Source: Rhizophagus irregularis (taxonomy: Eukaryota). From it: 64,000 bases of DNA. The position numbers were made by a program, and so were the translations under genes. The DNA lies in NCBI RefSeq assembly GCF_026210795.1, contig NC_089432.1:5394001-5458000 (forward strand). Direction: 5' to 3'. How positions within the stretch are numbered: the first letter of the stretch is position 1; each line of letters starts with the position of its first letter. Shown one piece after another: positions 39,821 to 51,325 of this stretch. The notes under the pieces are model-generated. The model searched no databases, was not told the DNA's origin, and saw nothing but the letters and a program-made list of their open reading frames with translations.

Positions 39821-41224
39821 ATGTCAAAATTAAATCATGATGTTCTTTATGAAATTTTTCAAAATTTACAAGACTTAATTAATATGACATATACAAATGA
39901 TCCGGATAATTTAAATAAAATGATAAATTATAAAGAATTTCTACGTTCTCAATTTTCTTGTTTGTTAGTTAACAAGAATTGGTGTGGAGTCATGATTCCA
40001 TTTTTATGGAGTAATCCTTTTAAATATGCCTATAAAGCTCATATAAAGAGTTCATTATTCAAAATTATCATTTCACATTTACCGGATAATTCAATTAAAT
40101 TATTAAAAGATGAAAATATCATTGAAACAAATTTTCAAAAGCTAAAACTTTCATTTAATTATGTTAGATTTTGTAAATATTTTAATGATATTCATAATAC
40201 CTGTACTGAAATTTTATTGAGAGAAGAAATTTATAAGTTTTTTATTAGTGAATGTTCATCTATAAAATCTTTAAATACAAAAATGATATGTTATCCAATA
40301 TTAAAATATCCAGGAGCAAATATTTCTCTTTCAAATCTTTATGAGTTAGATTGTATTACAAATTATCAAGATTTTTATTATGAATTGGCACAAATGTGCA
40401 AATCAATAGAAAAAATTCATGTAGTAAATGATTACTATGAAGAATCTTTTGGAGTCGTTAAATTAATTGAAATGCAAACACAAATTAAATACGTGTTTAT
40501 AGATGGATTTTATGATGAATGCAAAAAGATTATTCAGGCTTTAGAAAAACATGTAAATTCAATTATTCATTTAGAAATTACTGAATATACATCTGCCATA
40601 CATTTTCTCATTCTAAAATTAATTAATCTACGATATTTAAAAGTACTATATAATGGTTATTGGATACTAGAGAAGTATGTAATATATTTAAATTATCATA
40701 ACCTTCGAGTACTTGATTTGCATCACATATCACTTGATATAGCTATAAATATTATTAAAAATACTAATGGAAATCTTTGGAAAATTAGGATTGGAAATAC
40801 TAAATATTATGATAAGACAAAAGAATATAATCAGACAATACACAAATATTGTCCAAATATAAAATATGTAACAGTATTTTTGGATAGAGATGGAACCCTG
40901 GAAGGATTAGAGAAAATCTTCATCAAATGTCAACACTTGGAAGCAATAGATATAAATAAAGAAATTAATTATAAATATATTGATAAATTTCTGAATTTGT
41001 TGCTTGAATTAGCTCCACTCACTTTATGCAAAATTCACATTTATGATATATCTAATTGCTTTGATTCTGATGAATCTTTAAAATTATTTCTTATTAATTG
41101 GGGTCATCATAAAGGTAAAAAAACTTTACATTTATATTGTGATAGTGATTATACAGACATAATTAGAGATATTATACATAAATATGATATTAAGGATTTT
41201 TGGAATTATTATATTTCATGGTAA
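39821..41224 (+). CDS. F-box/LRR-like copy 4, intact, 467 aa
   Basis: Full-length paralogue of copy 1 in opposite orientation. Confidence 0.87.
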   Translation: MSKLNHDVLYEIFQNLQDLINMTYTNDPDNLNKMINYKEFLRSQFSCLLVNKNWCGVMIPFLWSNPFKYAYKAHIKSSLFKIIISHLPDNSIKLLKDENIIETNFQKLKLSFNYVRFCKYFNDIHNTCTEILLREEIYKFFISECSSIKSLNTKMICYPILKYPGANISLSNLYELDCITNYQDFYYELAQMCKSIEKIHVVNDYYEESFGVVKLIEMQTQIKYVFIDGFYDECKKIIQALEKHVNSIIHLEITEYTSAIHFLILKLINLRYLKVLYNGYWILEKYVIYLNYHNLRVLDLHHISLDIAINIIKNTNGNLWKIRIGNTKYYDKTKEYNQTIHKYCPNIKYVTVFLDRDGTLEGLEKIFIKCQHLEAIDINKEINYKYIDKFLNLLLELAPLTLCKIHIYDISNCFDSDESLKLFLINWGHHKGKKTLHLYCDSDYTDIIRDIIHKYDIKDFWNYYISW

Positions 41225-42415
41225 TATACATGAGTATGTATGCAGAGAAAATGAAATTAATATAATTCATATTAGGATGAGTAGTAATATATTTGTTTGT
41301 ATAAGATAAATAAAATGAGTTATTAAAATTTTAGAAAAATAAAGCAAATTTAAACTTTTGAAGTTTTTATACTTTTAAGAATATCAAATTTTAAGAAGTA
41401 TAAAGTAGTGGTTAATGGCATATATAATTCATATTCCTGTCATAAGTCATAACAGTTATTATTATGATAATTTCAATATCTAAAAGAATTCTTATTAAAT
41501 AGTTTATTTTATGCGAGAAATTGAGTATGAAACAAAATGTTTTAAAGTAATAAAATCATAATTTCACAAATAACTAAGATTTATAATAAAATTCCAAAAA
41601 ATAACTATTTACACTCATCTTTTCTTTTCCATACTAGATTACGGTGGATGGGTTTAAAAATGTAATCAATATTCTTTCGATTTACATCCTGATATTCAAA
41701 TTTACTATTATAAAAATGAAGAATATTGAAGATAAAACTAATTAATTATTAATTGTCATTCTGTTATTAAATAATTGATCTGAAAATTGATATTATAAAA
41801 AAGTAAAAATAGATTGGAGAATATATTAATTAAAATGAATACTATTTTGTTTCATCATATTACTTTTATGAAGAGAACAAATATCTAAAAAATTGATGGC
41901 TTAAAATTCACAAGTTTACAAATTCAGAATTATTGTATTATGGATCTTTATGACAACGAGTAATAATCAATCACGAAATTCTTTGAGTAAATCTAAAAAT
42001 AAATTTATGATGATTGTATATAATTTATTACTAATTTAGTAATATATTTATAGATACACGTTTAAAAATTATGATTCTAGACATATCAAACATGTAGATA
42101 AGACCCTTTAAAAGGGCATTTCGAATTTGCGTAGAGCCAACCAAGAAAAAATCATGAAAACCTTTCCTTTTATAGATAATTGATGGAAAACTATTACTTT
42201 TTTGGGAACAGACCGAAATTATCATCTAGAAAAAGTTTTACATATATACATATATTATACATTGAACTATTGAGTCACGTTTGTGTAGCAGACACAAATT
42301 CCTATGTAAAACTGAAGTCATATAAAATAATTTGATGTAATAGTCAACTTAGTGACTCTCTATAAATATTACTTTTTTCTCCCTTTTAGATTCTCTTTTA
42401 TTTCTAAAAAAAAAA

Positions 42416-43816
42416 ATGTCAAAATTAAATCATGATGTTCTTTATGAAATTTTTCAAAATTTACAAGACTTAATTAATATGACATGTACAAATGATCCGG
42501 ATAATTTAAATAAAATGATAAATTATAAAGAATTTCTACGTTCTCAGTTTTCTTGTTTGTTAGTTAACAAGAATTGGTGTGAAGTCATGATTCCATTTTT
42601 ATGGAGTAATCCTTTTGAATATGCCTATAAAACTCATATAAAGAGTTCATTATTCAAAATTATCATTTCACATTTATCAGATAATTCAATTAAATTATTA
42701 AAAGATGAAAATATCATTGAAACAAATTTTCAAAAGCTAAAACTTTCATTTAATTATGTTAGATTTTGCAAATATCTTAATGATATTCATTATATCTGTA
42801 CTAAAAGGTTATTGGAAGAAGAAGTTTATAAGTTTTTTATTAGTGAATGTTCATCTATAAAATCTTTGAATTCAAAAATGTTATTATATTATCCAATATT
42901 AAAATATCCAGGTGCAAATATTTCTCTTTCAAATCTTTATGAGTTATATAGTATTACATATGATCAAGATTTTTATTATGGATTGGCACAAATATGCAAA
43001 TCAATAGAAAAACTTCATGTAGTAATTGATTATGAAGAATCTCCTGGAGTTGTTAAATTAATTGAAATGCAAACACAAATTAAATACGTGTTTTTAGATG
43101 GATATTATGAATGCAAAAAGATTATTCAGGCTTTAGAAAAACATGTAAATTTAATTATTCATTTAGAAATGGCTCAATATACATCTTCTATACATTTTCT
43201 CATTCCAAAATTAATTAATCTACGATATTTAAAAGTAGTTGATTATTATTATAATTGTACACTAAAGAAGTATGTAATATATTTAAATCATCATAACCTT
43301 CAAGTACTTGATTTGCATCGCATATCACTTGATATAGCTATAAATATTATTAAAAGTACCAATGGAAATCTTTGGAAAATTAGGATTGGATATACTCATC
43401 AATATTATGATAAGGCAAAAGAATATAATCAGACAATACACAAATATTGTCCAAATATAAAATATGTGACAGTATTTTTGAATGAAGGTGGAACCCTGGA
43501 AGAATTAGAGAAAATTTTCATCAAATGTCAACACTTGGAAGCAATATATATATATAAAAAAATTAATTATAAATATATTGATAAATTTCTAAATTTGTTG
43601 CTTGAATCAGCTCCACTCACTCTATGCAAAATTCATATTTGTAATATATCTGATTGCTTTAGTTCTAATGAATCTTTAAAATTATTTCTTATTGATTGGG
43701 GTCATCATAAAGGTAAAAAAACTTTACATTTATATAGTAGTGATACAGGGATAAATAGAGATATTGTACATAAATATGATATTAAGGATTTTTGGAATTA
43801 TTATATTTCATGGTAA
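42416..43816 (+). CDS. F-box/LRR-like copy 5, intact, 466 aa; tandem duplicate of copy 4 including ~0.85 kb upstream
   Basis: Full ORF. The upstream duplicate begins at AGATTTATAATAAAATTCC (~41577; compare ~38911). Confidence 0.87.
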   Translation: MSKLNHDVLYEIFQNLQDLINMTCTNDPDNLNKMINYKEFLRSQFSCLLVNKNWCEVMIPFLWSNPFEYAYKTHIKSSLFKIIISHLSDNSIKLLKDENIIETNFQKLKLSFNYVRFCKYLNDIHYICTKRLLEEEVYKFFISECSSIKSLNSKMLLYYPILKYPGANISLSNLYELYSITYDQDFYYGLAQICKSIEKLHVVIDYEESPGVVKLIEMQTQIKYVFLDGYYECKKIIQALEKHVNLIIHLEMAQYTSSIHFLIPKLINLRYLKVVDYYYNCTLKKYVIYLNHHNLQVLDLHRISLDIAINIIKSTNGNLWKIRIGYTHQYYDKAKEYNQTIHKYCPNIKYVTVFLNEGGTLEELEKIFIKCQHLEAIYIYKKINYKYIDKFLNLLLESAPLTLCKIHICNISDCFSSNESLKLFLIDWGHHKGKKTLHLYSSDTGINRDIVHKYDIKDFWNYYISW

Positions 43817-44018
43817 TATACATGAGTATACAGAGAAAATGAAATCAATATAATTCATATTAGGAGGAGTAGTAATATATTTGTTTGTATAACATAAATA
43901 AAATAAGCCATTAAAATTTTAGAAAAATAAAGAAAATTTTAAACTTCTGATGATTTTATACTTTTAAGATGTCAAATTTTGAGAAGTTTAAATTTGTTAT
44001 TAATAGCATATATAATTC

Positions 44019-44390
44019 AAAAGTATTTTTGAATAAAGATGGAACTCTGGAAGAATTAGAAAAAATTTTTTTCAAATGTCAACACTTGGAAGCAATATGT
44101 ATGGATGATAAAATTAATTATACTGTAAATATATTGATAAATTTCTGGAATTGTTTCTTGAATCAGCTCCACTCAAAATTCATATTTATAATATATCTAG
44201 GTATTTTATTACTCAATCTTTAAAATTATTTGTTATTAATTGGTGTCTCAGCGTAAAGGTAAAAAAACTTTGCAGTTATATTATCAATTTATTGATTGTC
44301 CCAGAGATAGTGATATTGCACATATGACATTGATGATTTTGGAATTATTATATCACATGGCCATTTAAATGTAATTATATATAGCATAAA
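44019..44390 (+). pseudogene. C-terminal fragment of an F-box/LRR-like gene (copy 6)
   Basis: VFLNKDGTLEELEKIFFKCQHLEAI… fused directly to the 3' flank of copy 5. The 3' part resembles copy 3 (QRKGKKTLQ…DSDIAH) and carries frameshifts. Confidence 0.8.
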
Positions 44391-45349
44391 AATGTAAATA
44401 AAAAGAAGTGAATGAATTTGATTAGGAATTATGAAATTGCATGGAAAGAAAATGTAGTCAATAGTAAAATATTTTAGTGTATAATATAAAAAATAAAGTA
44501 TAAAATTAAATTTTTAATGTTTTTATACTTTAAAAACTGAATGATTTAAACTAATTTAATTAATAACATATATAATGTCATAAGTTATAACAGTTATCAT
44601 TATAATAATTTTAACAACTTTTAGAAGCTCCATCATCAATTAAACTTTTGATAAATATCATACTAAATTTATTCTGTGAAAAATGAGTTTAAAATAAAAG
44701 TTTCAAAATAAATAAAACCATAGTTGCATGAACTATTTTCCAGTATACATCTTTATCAACCTACAGTAATATCTGACCACTTCTCATTTTTTTTTTTAAA
44801 AAAAAAACTTTATATTTTAAATAAGAGTAGGCAATAACAAAAAAATACCGAAGAAAATAAATTTGATACTTCAGAATAACATCAATAGATAGTTTATTTC
44901 CTGGGAATAAATTTTTTATCTTTTTCAGCTTTATTAAAGAATAAAATAATTGAGCCTAACACTTAGTATTACCTAACACATGCATTATTACTCTAAAATC
45001 TAAATGGATAATATTTTTCATGATTATTAATAACAATAAATCTGTTTAAAATTTATTTATATATAATAAGAAAGTAGTAAAACTTTTAAAATTTGTTTTA
45101 TTAGTCTGTGTAATATTTATTACTAGTTTTTCCTATTATGAAATTGTTACAACAAATGGAAAATCAAAATGTGGAATAGTACACTATGTAATATGACTGA
45201 ACTTGTTAAAATAATGATTGATAACTATAATCAACTTTGTAATTTTTTCTCAATGTGATTGCTTAATAATTATTATGATACAATTTATTAGTAAAAATAA
45301 TTTCTCATTTCTTTTTGCTCTTTTTCTTTTTATTTCTGGAAAAAAAAAA

Positions 45350-46786
45350 ATGTCAAAATTAAATCATGATGTACTTAATTATATCTTTCAAGATTTATTT
45401 AACTTAATTAGTACCAATTCAAATAATGAAGAAAAATACAATAAATCTCTACATTCTTGTTTGCTAGTAAATAAACTTTGGTGTGAAATTATGATTCCAA
45501 TTTTATGGAGTTATCCTTGCAAATATGTTTTTAAAAAAAATTTATTGTTCAATATTATCATTTCACATTTACCAGATAATACAATTAATAATATCATTTC
45601 GAATTTACCAGATAATACAAATAAAACTTTGAAAGATAAAAATATCATTGAAACGAATTTCAAAAAGCAAAAACTTTCATTTAATTATGTTAGATTTTGT
45701 AAATATCTTAATGATATTCATGAGATTTTTCCAATCGATTCAATTTTATTGAGAGAAGAACTTTATAAGCTTTTTATTAGTGAATGTTCATTTATAAAAT
45801 GTTTAAGTCTTGATATGTTAAGTTATAATATATATAAATATCCAGGAGCAAATATTTCTCTTTCAAATCTATATGAGATATATTGTTATCATAAAATTGA
45901 TCAGGATTTTTGTCATGGGTTGGCACAAATATGCAGATCAATAGAAAAAATTTATGTGAAAATTTATGGTGAAAAAAGTTCTGGAGTTGCTAAATTAATT
46001 GAGATGCAAAATCAGATTAAATACATATTTATAGATGGACCTTTTAATTGCAAGGAGATAGTTCAGGCTTTAGAAAAACATGTAAATTCAATTATTCATT
46101 TAGAAATGACTCAATATACATCTACTATACATTTTCTCATTCCAAAATTAATTAATCTACAATATTTAAAAGTAGATGATAATTATTGTGAACTAAAGAA
46201 ATATGTAGTATATTTAAATCATTATAACCTTAAAGCACTTGATTTATGTTTCTTATCTTCACTTGATATAGCTATAAGTATTATTAAAAATACCAATGGA
46301 AATCTTTGGAGAATTAGAATTGAAAATACTGATAATACTGATAAGGCAAAAGAATATAATAAGACAATACACAAATATTGTCCAAATATAAAATATGTAA
46401 CAGTATTTTTGAATAGAGATGGAACCCTGAAAGAATTAAAAAAAAATTTCATCAAATGTCAACACTTGGAAGCAATAGATATAAATGATGAAATTAATAC
46501 TAAATATATTGATGAATTAATAGATTTGTTAGCTGAATTCGCTTCACCCACTTTATGCAAAATTCACATTGATAATATTAAAAGCTATTATGATGAACAA
46601 ACTTTAAACTATTTTCTTATTAATTGGGGTAATCGTATACTAGGTAAAAAAACTTCCCCTTTATATAGTAATGTTTATTATCAAGATTTTGCACACATAT
46701 ATAATAATGATTTTTGGAATAATTATATTACATGGAATTATAAAGTCCGTACAGCAAAAAGAGTCCGGTGTTTAGTAGTGAGATAA
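45350..46786 (+). CDS. F-box/LRR-like copy 7, most divergent
   Basis: Family start MSKLNHD at 45350, in frame with the track ORF from 45218. LHSCLLVNKLWCEIMIPILWSYP motif; internal 11-aa duplication (IISHLPDNTIN / IISNLPDNTNK). Confidence 0.85.
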   Translation: MSKLNHDVLNYIFQDLFNLISTNSNNEEKYNKSLHSCLLVNKLWCEIMIPILWSYPCKYVFKKNLLFNIIISHLPDNTINNIISNLPDNTNKTLKDKNIIETNFKKQKLSFNYVRFCKYLNDIHEIFPIDSILLREELYKLFISECSFIKCLSLDMLSYNIYKYPGANISLSNLYEIYCYHKIDQDFCHGLAQICRSIEKIYVKIYGEKSSGVAKLIEMQNQIKYIFIDGPFNCKEIVQALEKHVNSIIHLEMTQYTSTIHFLIPKLINLQYLKVDDNYCELKKYVVYLNHYNLKALDLCFLSSLDIAISIIKNTNGNLWRIRIENTDNTDKAKEYNKTIHKYCPNIKYVTVFLNRDGTLKELKKNFIKCQHLEAIDINDEINTKYIDELIDLLAEFASPTLCKIHIDNIKSYYDEQTLNYFLINWGNRILGKKTSPLYSNVYYQDFAHIYNNDFWNNYITWNYKVRTAKRVRCLVVR

Positions 46787-48797
46787 ATAGAAGAAATGGA
46801 TGAATTTGATTATTAATATAAAGAAATTGTGAAATTGCATAATTACATTGGAAGAAAATAGTAATAGTATATTTGCGTGTATAATATAAATGATTTTTGT
46901 TTATATTTCCAAAGGTGATTTCACAATATGATTTTGAAAAATTATTATATTAATAAAATGATCAAATTACGTGAAAAAACTACATGTCAAAACTTTTACT
47001 TGATTTACATGCATAAATTAATCTTTAGATTCTATCTGTAAAAAAATATAATTAACAATTAAAATAAATTGAAATAATAAAAACTATAGTTTCTTTCGAG
47101 ATTTGCAAAAAAAAAAAAAATTGTAAAAATAAGATTCATCGAATGTATGATATTTGAAAATATACGATATCAAAATATACTATTGTCATATTTTATATCC
47201 ATTTTTCATTTTCTTTAGTATTTATATCAAGATATAGTCATTGAATTAATTATAATATTTATTGGTTAAAACCGTTTTGTGCAACATTAATCGTCTAAAC
47301 ATTCTATGATAAAGCAAAAACGTTTTTTATGATATTATTTATATTTCAGCTAAAATAGAAATAAAATAGCTTAAATAGTAATTAATTAAAATACCACTTA
47401 TTTAGTATTTTTTTAGTCATTGTTTCTAAAATTTCTCTGATGTTTTTTTTTGTAAGAAACAATTTAATAAACCATAAGTAGATAAGTAGCCATAAATATG
47501 TTAGTACATCACGAAAGTAGTTGAATAATATGTCAATAAATTCAACCAAATATAAATCAACATAATTAGTTTAAATATATTCAGTATTAGTAAAATAATA
47601 CTATAGCAAATTGATAAAAGTTATATTTGTAAAATTAAAAATATTTCTTTATTGCGAACATTTGAAAATTGAAATACTATTTGTTCAATTATACTAATTA
47701 TACTGAATAATCGACACACAGTAGAATGTATAGTTAAACCAGAAAATTATTTTATAAAATTATAAACCACTAGTGATAGCAATAGCTGCTTCACTTACCA
47801 CAATCTATTAAAAAGCTTGATGAATAAAAAAACAAGTACACTGTGTAATTCAAAACAAAAATCAATTACATAATGATTTACAAGAAAAATATGCAATTAA
47901 CAAACAAGCATCAATTAAACTGTTGAAAAGTGAAAGGGATTGAAGAAAATATGCCCAATTAGAAAATAAAATTAAGTTGCAAGGGCAGAAGATTCGACAA
48001 AACCAGTTACAATATAATTTATATAAAAAAAATGCCAATTTAATTAACCAATTGGAAAACCTTTTCAAGCAAAATACCTTATTAGATGAATTGCAAAATT
48101 ATTAATTAGAAAATGCTAACTGAAATTGTGTTATGATTTTAAATAGTGGATTTTATAACTAAATAATGACTTAAAAAATATATATTGTTGGTTTAATATT
48201 GAAGGGATCACATTATTTCAATTAAAATTACAAATCAAAAGGTTGATTAGTTACTTATTCAAGCAGTTTTGCAACGTTATATTATTGGAAAAGTGCAGGA
48301 CAAAATTGTCATTTCGAATCAGATGTTATTAATAAAGAATCTCCATTATTTAATATCTCTATATATCATACTGGAAATGACATGAAGCATCAATAAAAAT
48401 TCCATTTGACCCTTAATAACTGCGGATTTTCCAATATGGAGAAAATAAGACTAAATATGAGCATCCTTTTATTGACGATTGTAAAAAAAATACTATCCAC
48501 TGTTAAACAACTATAATTTGTGAAGCTATAAAGGTATTTGATATTTCCGAAACCTATTTTGGTCATGCGATGGAATAAATCAATAAAATTGACCAATTAA
48601 GTCGAAGATATAAATCACGTGCCATGATCATATAACTTATAAATAAGTAATTGATGATGATACACAGAAATAGTAAACTCTCTCCCCTTTTTTTTATTTT
48701 TGTTTGTTTTCCGCAGTAATTTTGCGAAGTTTAGTTTTTTTAGTTTCTATTTGAAACGCCAAAGGGTGAGAGGTCCATACGGGCGCCTCTGTCTTAT

Positions 48798-51325
48798 ATG
48801 AGGTTTTTAGTTATTTTTATATCCTATATTATAAAGGAATATGTCTTCTACACCTTTATCGAACTAGACTGGTCTTCCACTCCACAACATTCGTATGTTC
48901 AACTCGGTGACTCTACACCACCTGAAAATAACTCAGATGATATATCATATAATACTGAGCGGCCAGCATTACTTTCCGCTAAGGATGTCCTTTCTCTTGA
49001 TATTGATGATATCTATCCTTATACGTACTCAACTCTTCATTTTGAAGACAACGATACGGAAAATATATATGACGACGAAGACTACTTTCAACAGCTATTA
49101 CAGGCTAATTTAAACGCTGAAATAGAAGTAATTAGCGTAGTCAGAAATGATAAACCTCCCGTTGACGACACTCCTTTAACTCCCATACAGGAGATTAATC
49201 CTATACCACCTTTGGATACTGCACCTCTTTTAGATAATATACCTATAGTCGAGAACATTAATCCTATACCATCTTTGGATACTGTGCCTCTTTTAGAAAA
49301 CTTACCCATAGTTGAGAACATCATTTCTATACCACCTCTGGATACTGTGTCTCTTTTAGAAAATTTACCTATAGTCGAGAACATTAATTCCATACCACCT
49401 TTGGATACTGCGCCTCTCATAGAAAATTTACTGATAGTTGAGAAAAAAAATACTTTGCTGGTCTCCCTGAAAAAATTTCACGTGACTACGCCAAAACGTT
49501 CTGGTTATAACAAGATTTATGAAATTCGGCGCTCTAGGAGTTTCTTTTTTGAGCTTGCAGATCATAATCAAAACACCAATGAAATTCATTTGAAGATACA
49601 CACAAATGATTATCACATGAAAACTAAACCGATTAGTTATAATAACACTAGTTCATTCCCCAATGACAAATATCAAATCAGCTGCATGCTTACACATTTT
49701 TTCACCTCACAAAGAGTCATCCCACGTCGAATACAAGACAAATATTTTAATTTCTTACGTAATAAATTATTGGATAGAATTAAAATAATAAGATCACGTG
49801 CTACTAGCACTTCTAATCGAAATTATTCTACGAAAACATTTTTTAATTTTATTCATAAGAAACGTCATTTTTACTTTGGCATTTATATTCCTTGCCCCTA
49901 TATTAATGACCCTGAACATTTTCATAATGACACACCATGTAATATCCCTACTCCTTTCGTCATGTCGCACAATAGACGCTCATGCGTTATGCATCAACAT
50001 ACCTTCTCACAAAAGCATTGTTTTAAAAATATTAAAAAGAAACATGAATCCAAATTGGATGATATTCCTACAGATTTCTTCAATGACAAATCATCTCACG
50101 CCAATTTATTATATTACAGATGGCTTAATGGTAAATCAAAACATATTACCTCTAGACAACTGGGTATTTCGTATAACAGCAATATTCAAGCTAGAGATCC
50201 CTCTACAACTTTCAAAAAAGGCAAAAAATACATGTATCGAAAATGCTTAGCCAAGCTCGAACATAGTTGGTCTCCTAATTTACGTACACAAAAACAACAA
50301 GATATACGTTTCAAGCGCTCTTGCCGTCGTGTTTTTAATAAATTGCGTCCACCACCTGATCATAAGGTCAATAACCAGGATTATTTAGCGATTGCACGCA
50401 GACATCATTTTCTATTCATGAAATCTCAAAAGATTAATGCACCTGTTCGACACTTATCGTACAAACAATGTGATTCAATCCTGAACGCTAACGACTATTC
50501 GTTCTTGGTTCCTTACTTCACTACGGACTTCAACCACAAGCAACAAATCATGACAAAACTCACTCAAGCATCATCATCTACTGGCCCTTCTGCACCGCCT
50601 GAGAATTATGATCCAATTCCGGATGTGTTCATTCCTAAAAAATACCATGATATTATACCTAAGGACCCGATTTATGTGAATAATCGTTATGTGGTTCCTG
50701 GATCTAGAGAATGGTTTACTTATATGTATAACGTTGATGAATCTTATTATCCACCAGAGAGTAGTACCCCTCGTTACAACGCTAAAGGGAAATATATCGC
50801 AAGAACTCCTATATACCGATCAGGAGTAGTAGAAAATTACGTACCATCTTATATCGTAGAAAAATCTCAATTACGGAGAATGGAAAAAATAAGAGAGGAA
50901 GCTTTAACAAAAGAGGCAGCATATCATGGAACTACCTTCAAGCATTATAATGCTCGTGCTAACATTATTAAATCCTTAACAGACGCATCATTTCATTTTC
51001 ACGAACGAACACCTAGTTATTTGGCCAGAAGACTAGAAAATCACAATTCAGGTTTTAGTAATACCACGTTAGATAAAAATCATAATAAGGGTCTCAAGAA
51101 AAATAATCTCCGAACCCAAGGGGCTATCCGATTTCCTACGCATCACTATATTGATGTATCAGATGATACAGCAGAGGTCGAATATCGACCAACAAACGTG
51201 ATAATATTAATAATGAGAATCATTATTTCTCATTTCTGGATCATAACATGAAAAGACTACGTCCTTCACCAGATACTACCGATGACTCCCTGGTACCAGG
51301 ACCTTCAAGTTCTAAGACAGTTTAA
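48798..51325 (+). CDS. Unknown ~820-840-aa protein of the retroposed element: acidic N-terminus, four 21-aa Pro/Leu repeats, basic His/Cys-containing body
   Basis: Track ORF 48798-51251. Adding one A near 51195 gives a more natural C-terminus (…RPTKRDNINNENHYFSFLDHNMKRLRPSPD…GPSSSKTV*, stop 51325). No YADD/YxDD-type RT context, APE endonuclease or DDE integrase motif recognised. Confidence 0.65.
49188..49439 (+). repeat. Four copies of a 63-nt (21-aa) coding tandem repeat
   Basis: ENINPIPSLDTVPLLENLPIV-like units; anchor CTATACC at 49201 and 49264 gives a 63-nt period. Confidence 0.92.

Noticed and set aside
45218..45349. Hydrophobic 44-aa N-terminal extension (signal peptide?) on F-box copy 7
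   Set aside because: Starts at a TTG in T-rich 5' flank; all paralogues begin at MSKLNH.
47770..48600. Stop-riddled ORF-like sequence left of the retroposon, and similar at 52300-52815
   Set aside because: No diagnostic motif; cannot be assigned.
48895..50250. Overlapping and antisense short ORFs within the retroposon ORF; likewise 7656-7856, 31475-31660, 32390-32578, 46222-46455
   Set aside because: Shadow frames of the real coding sequences.
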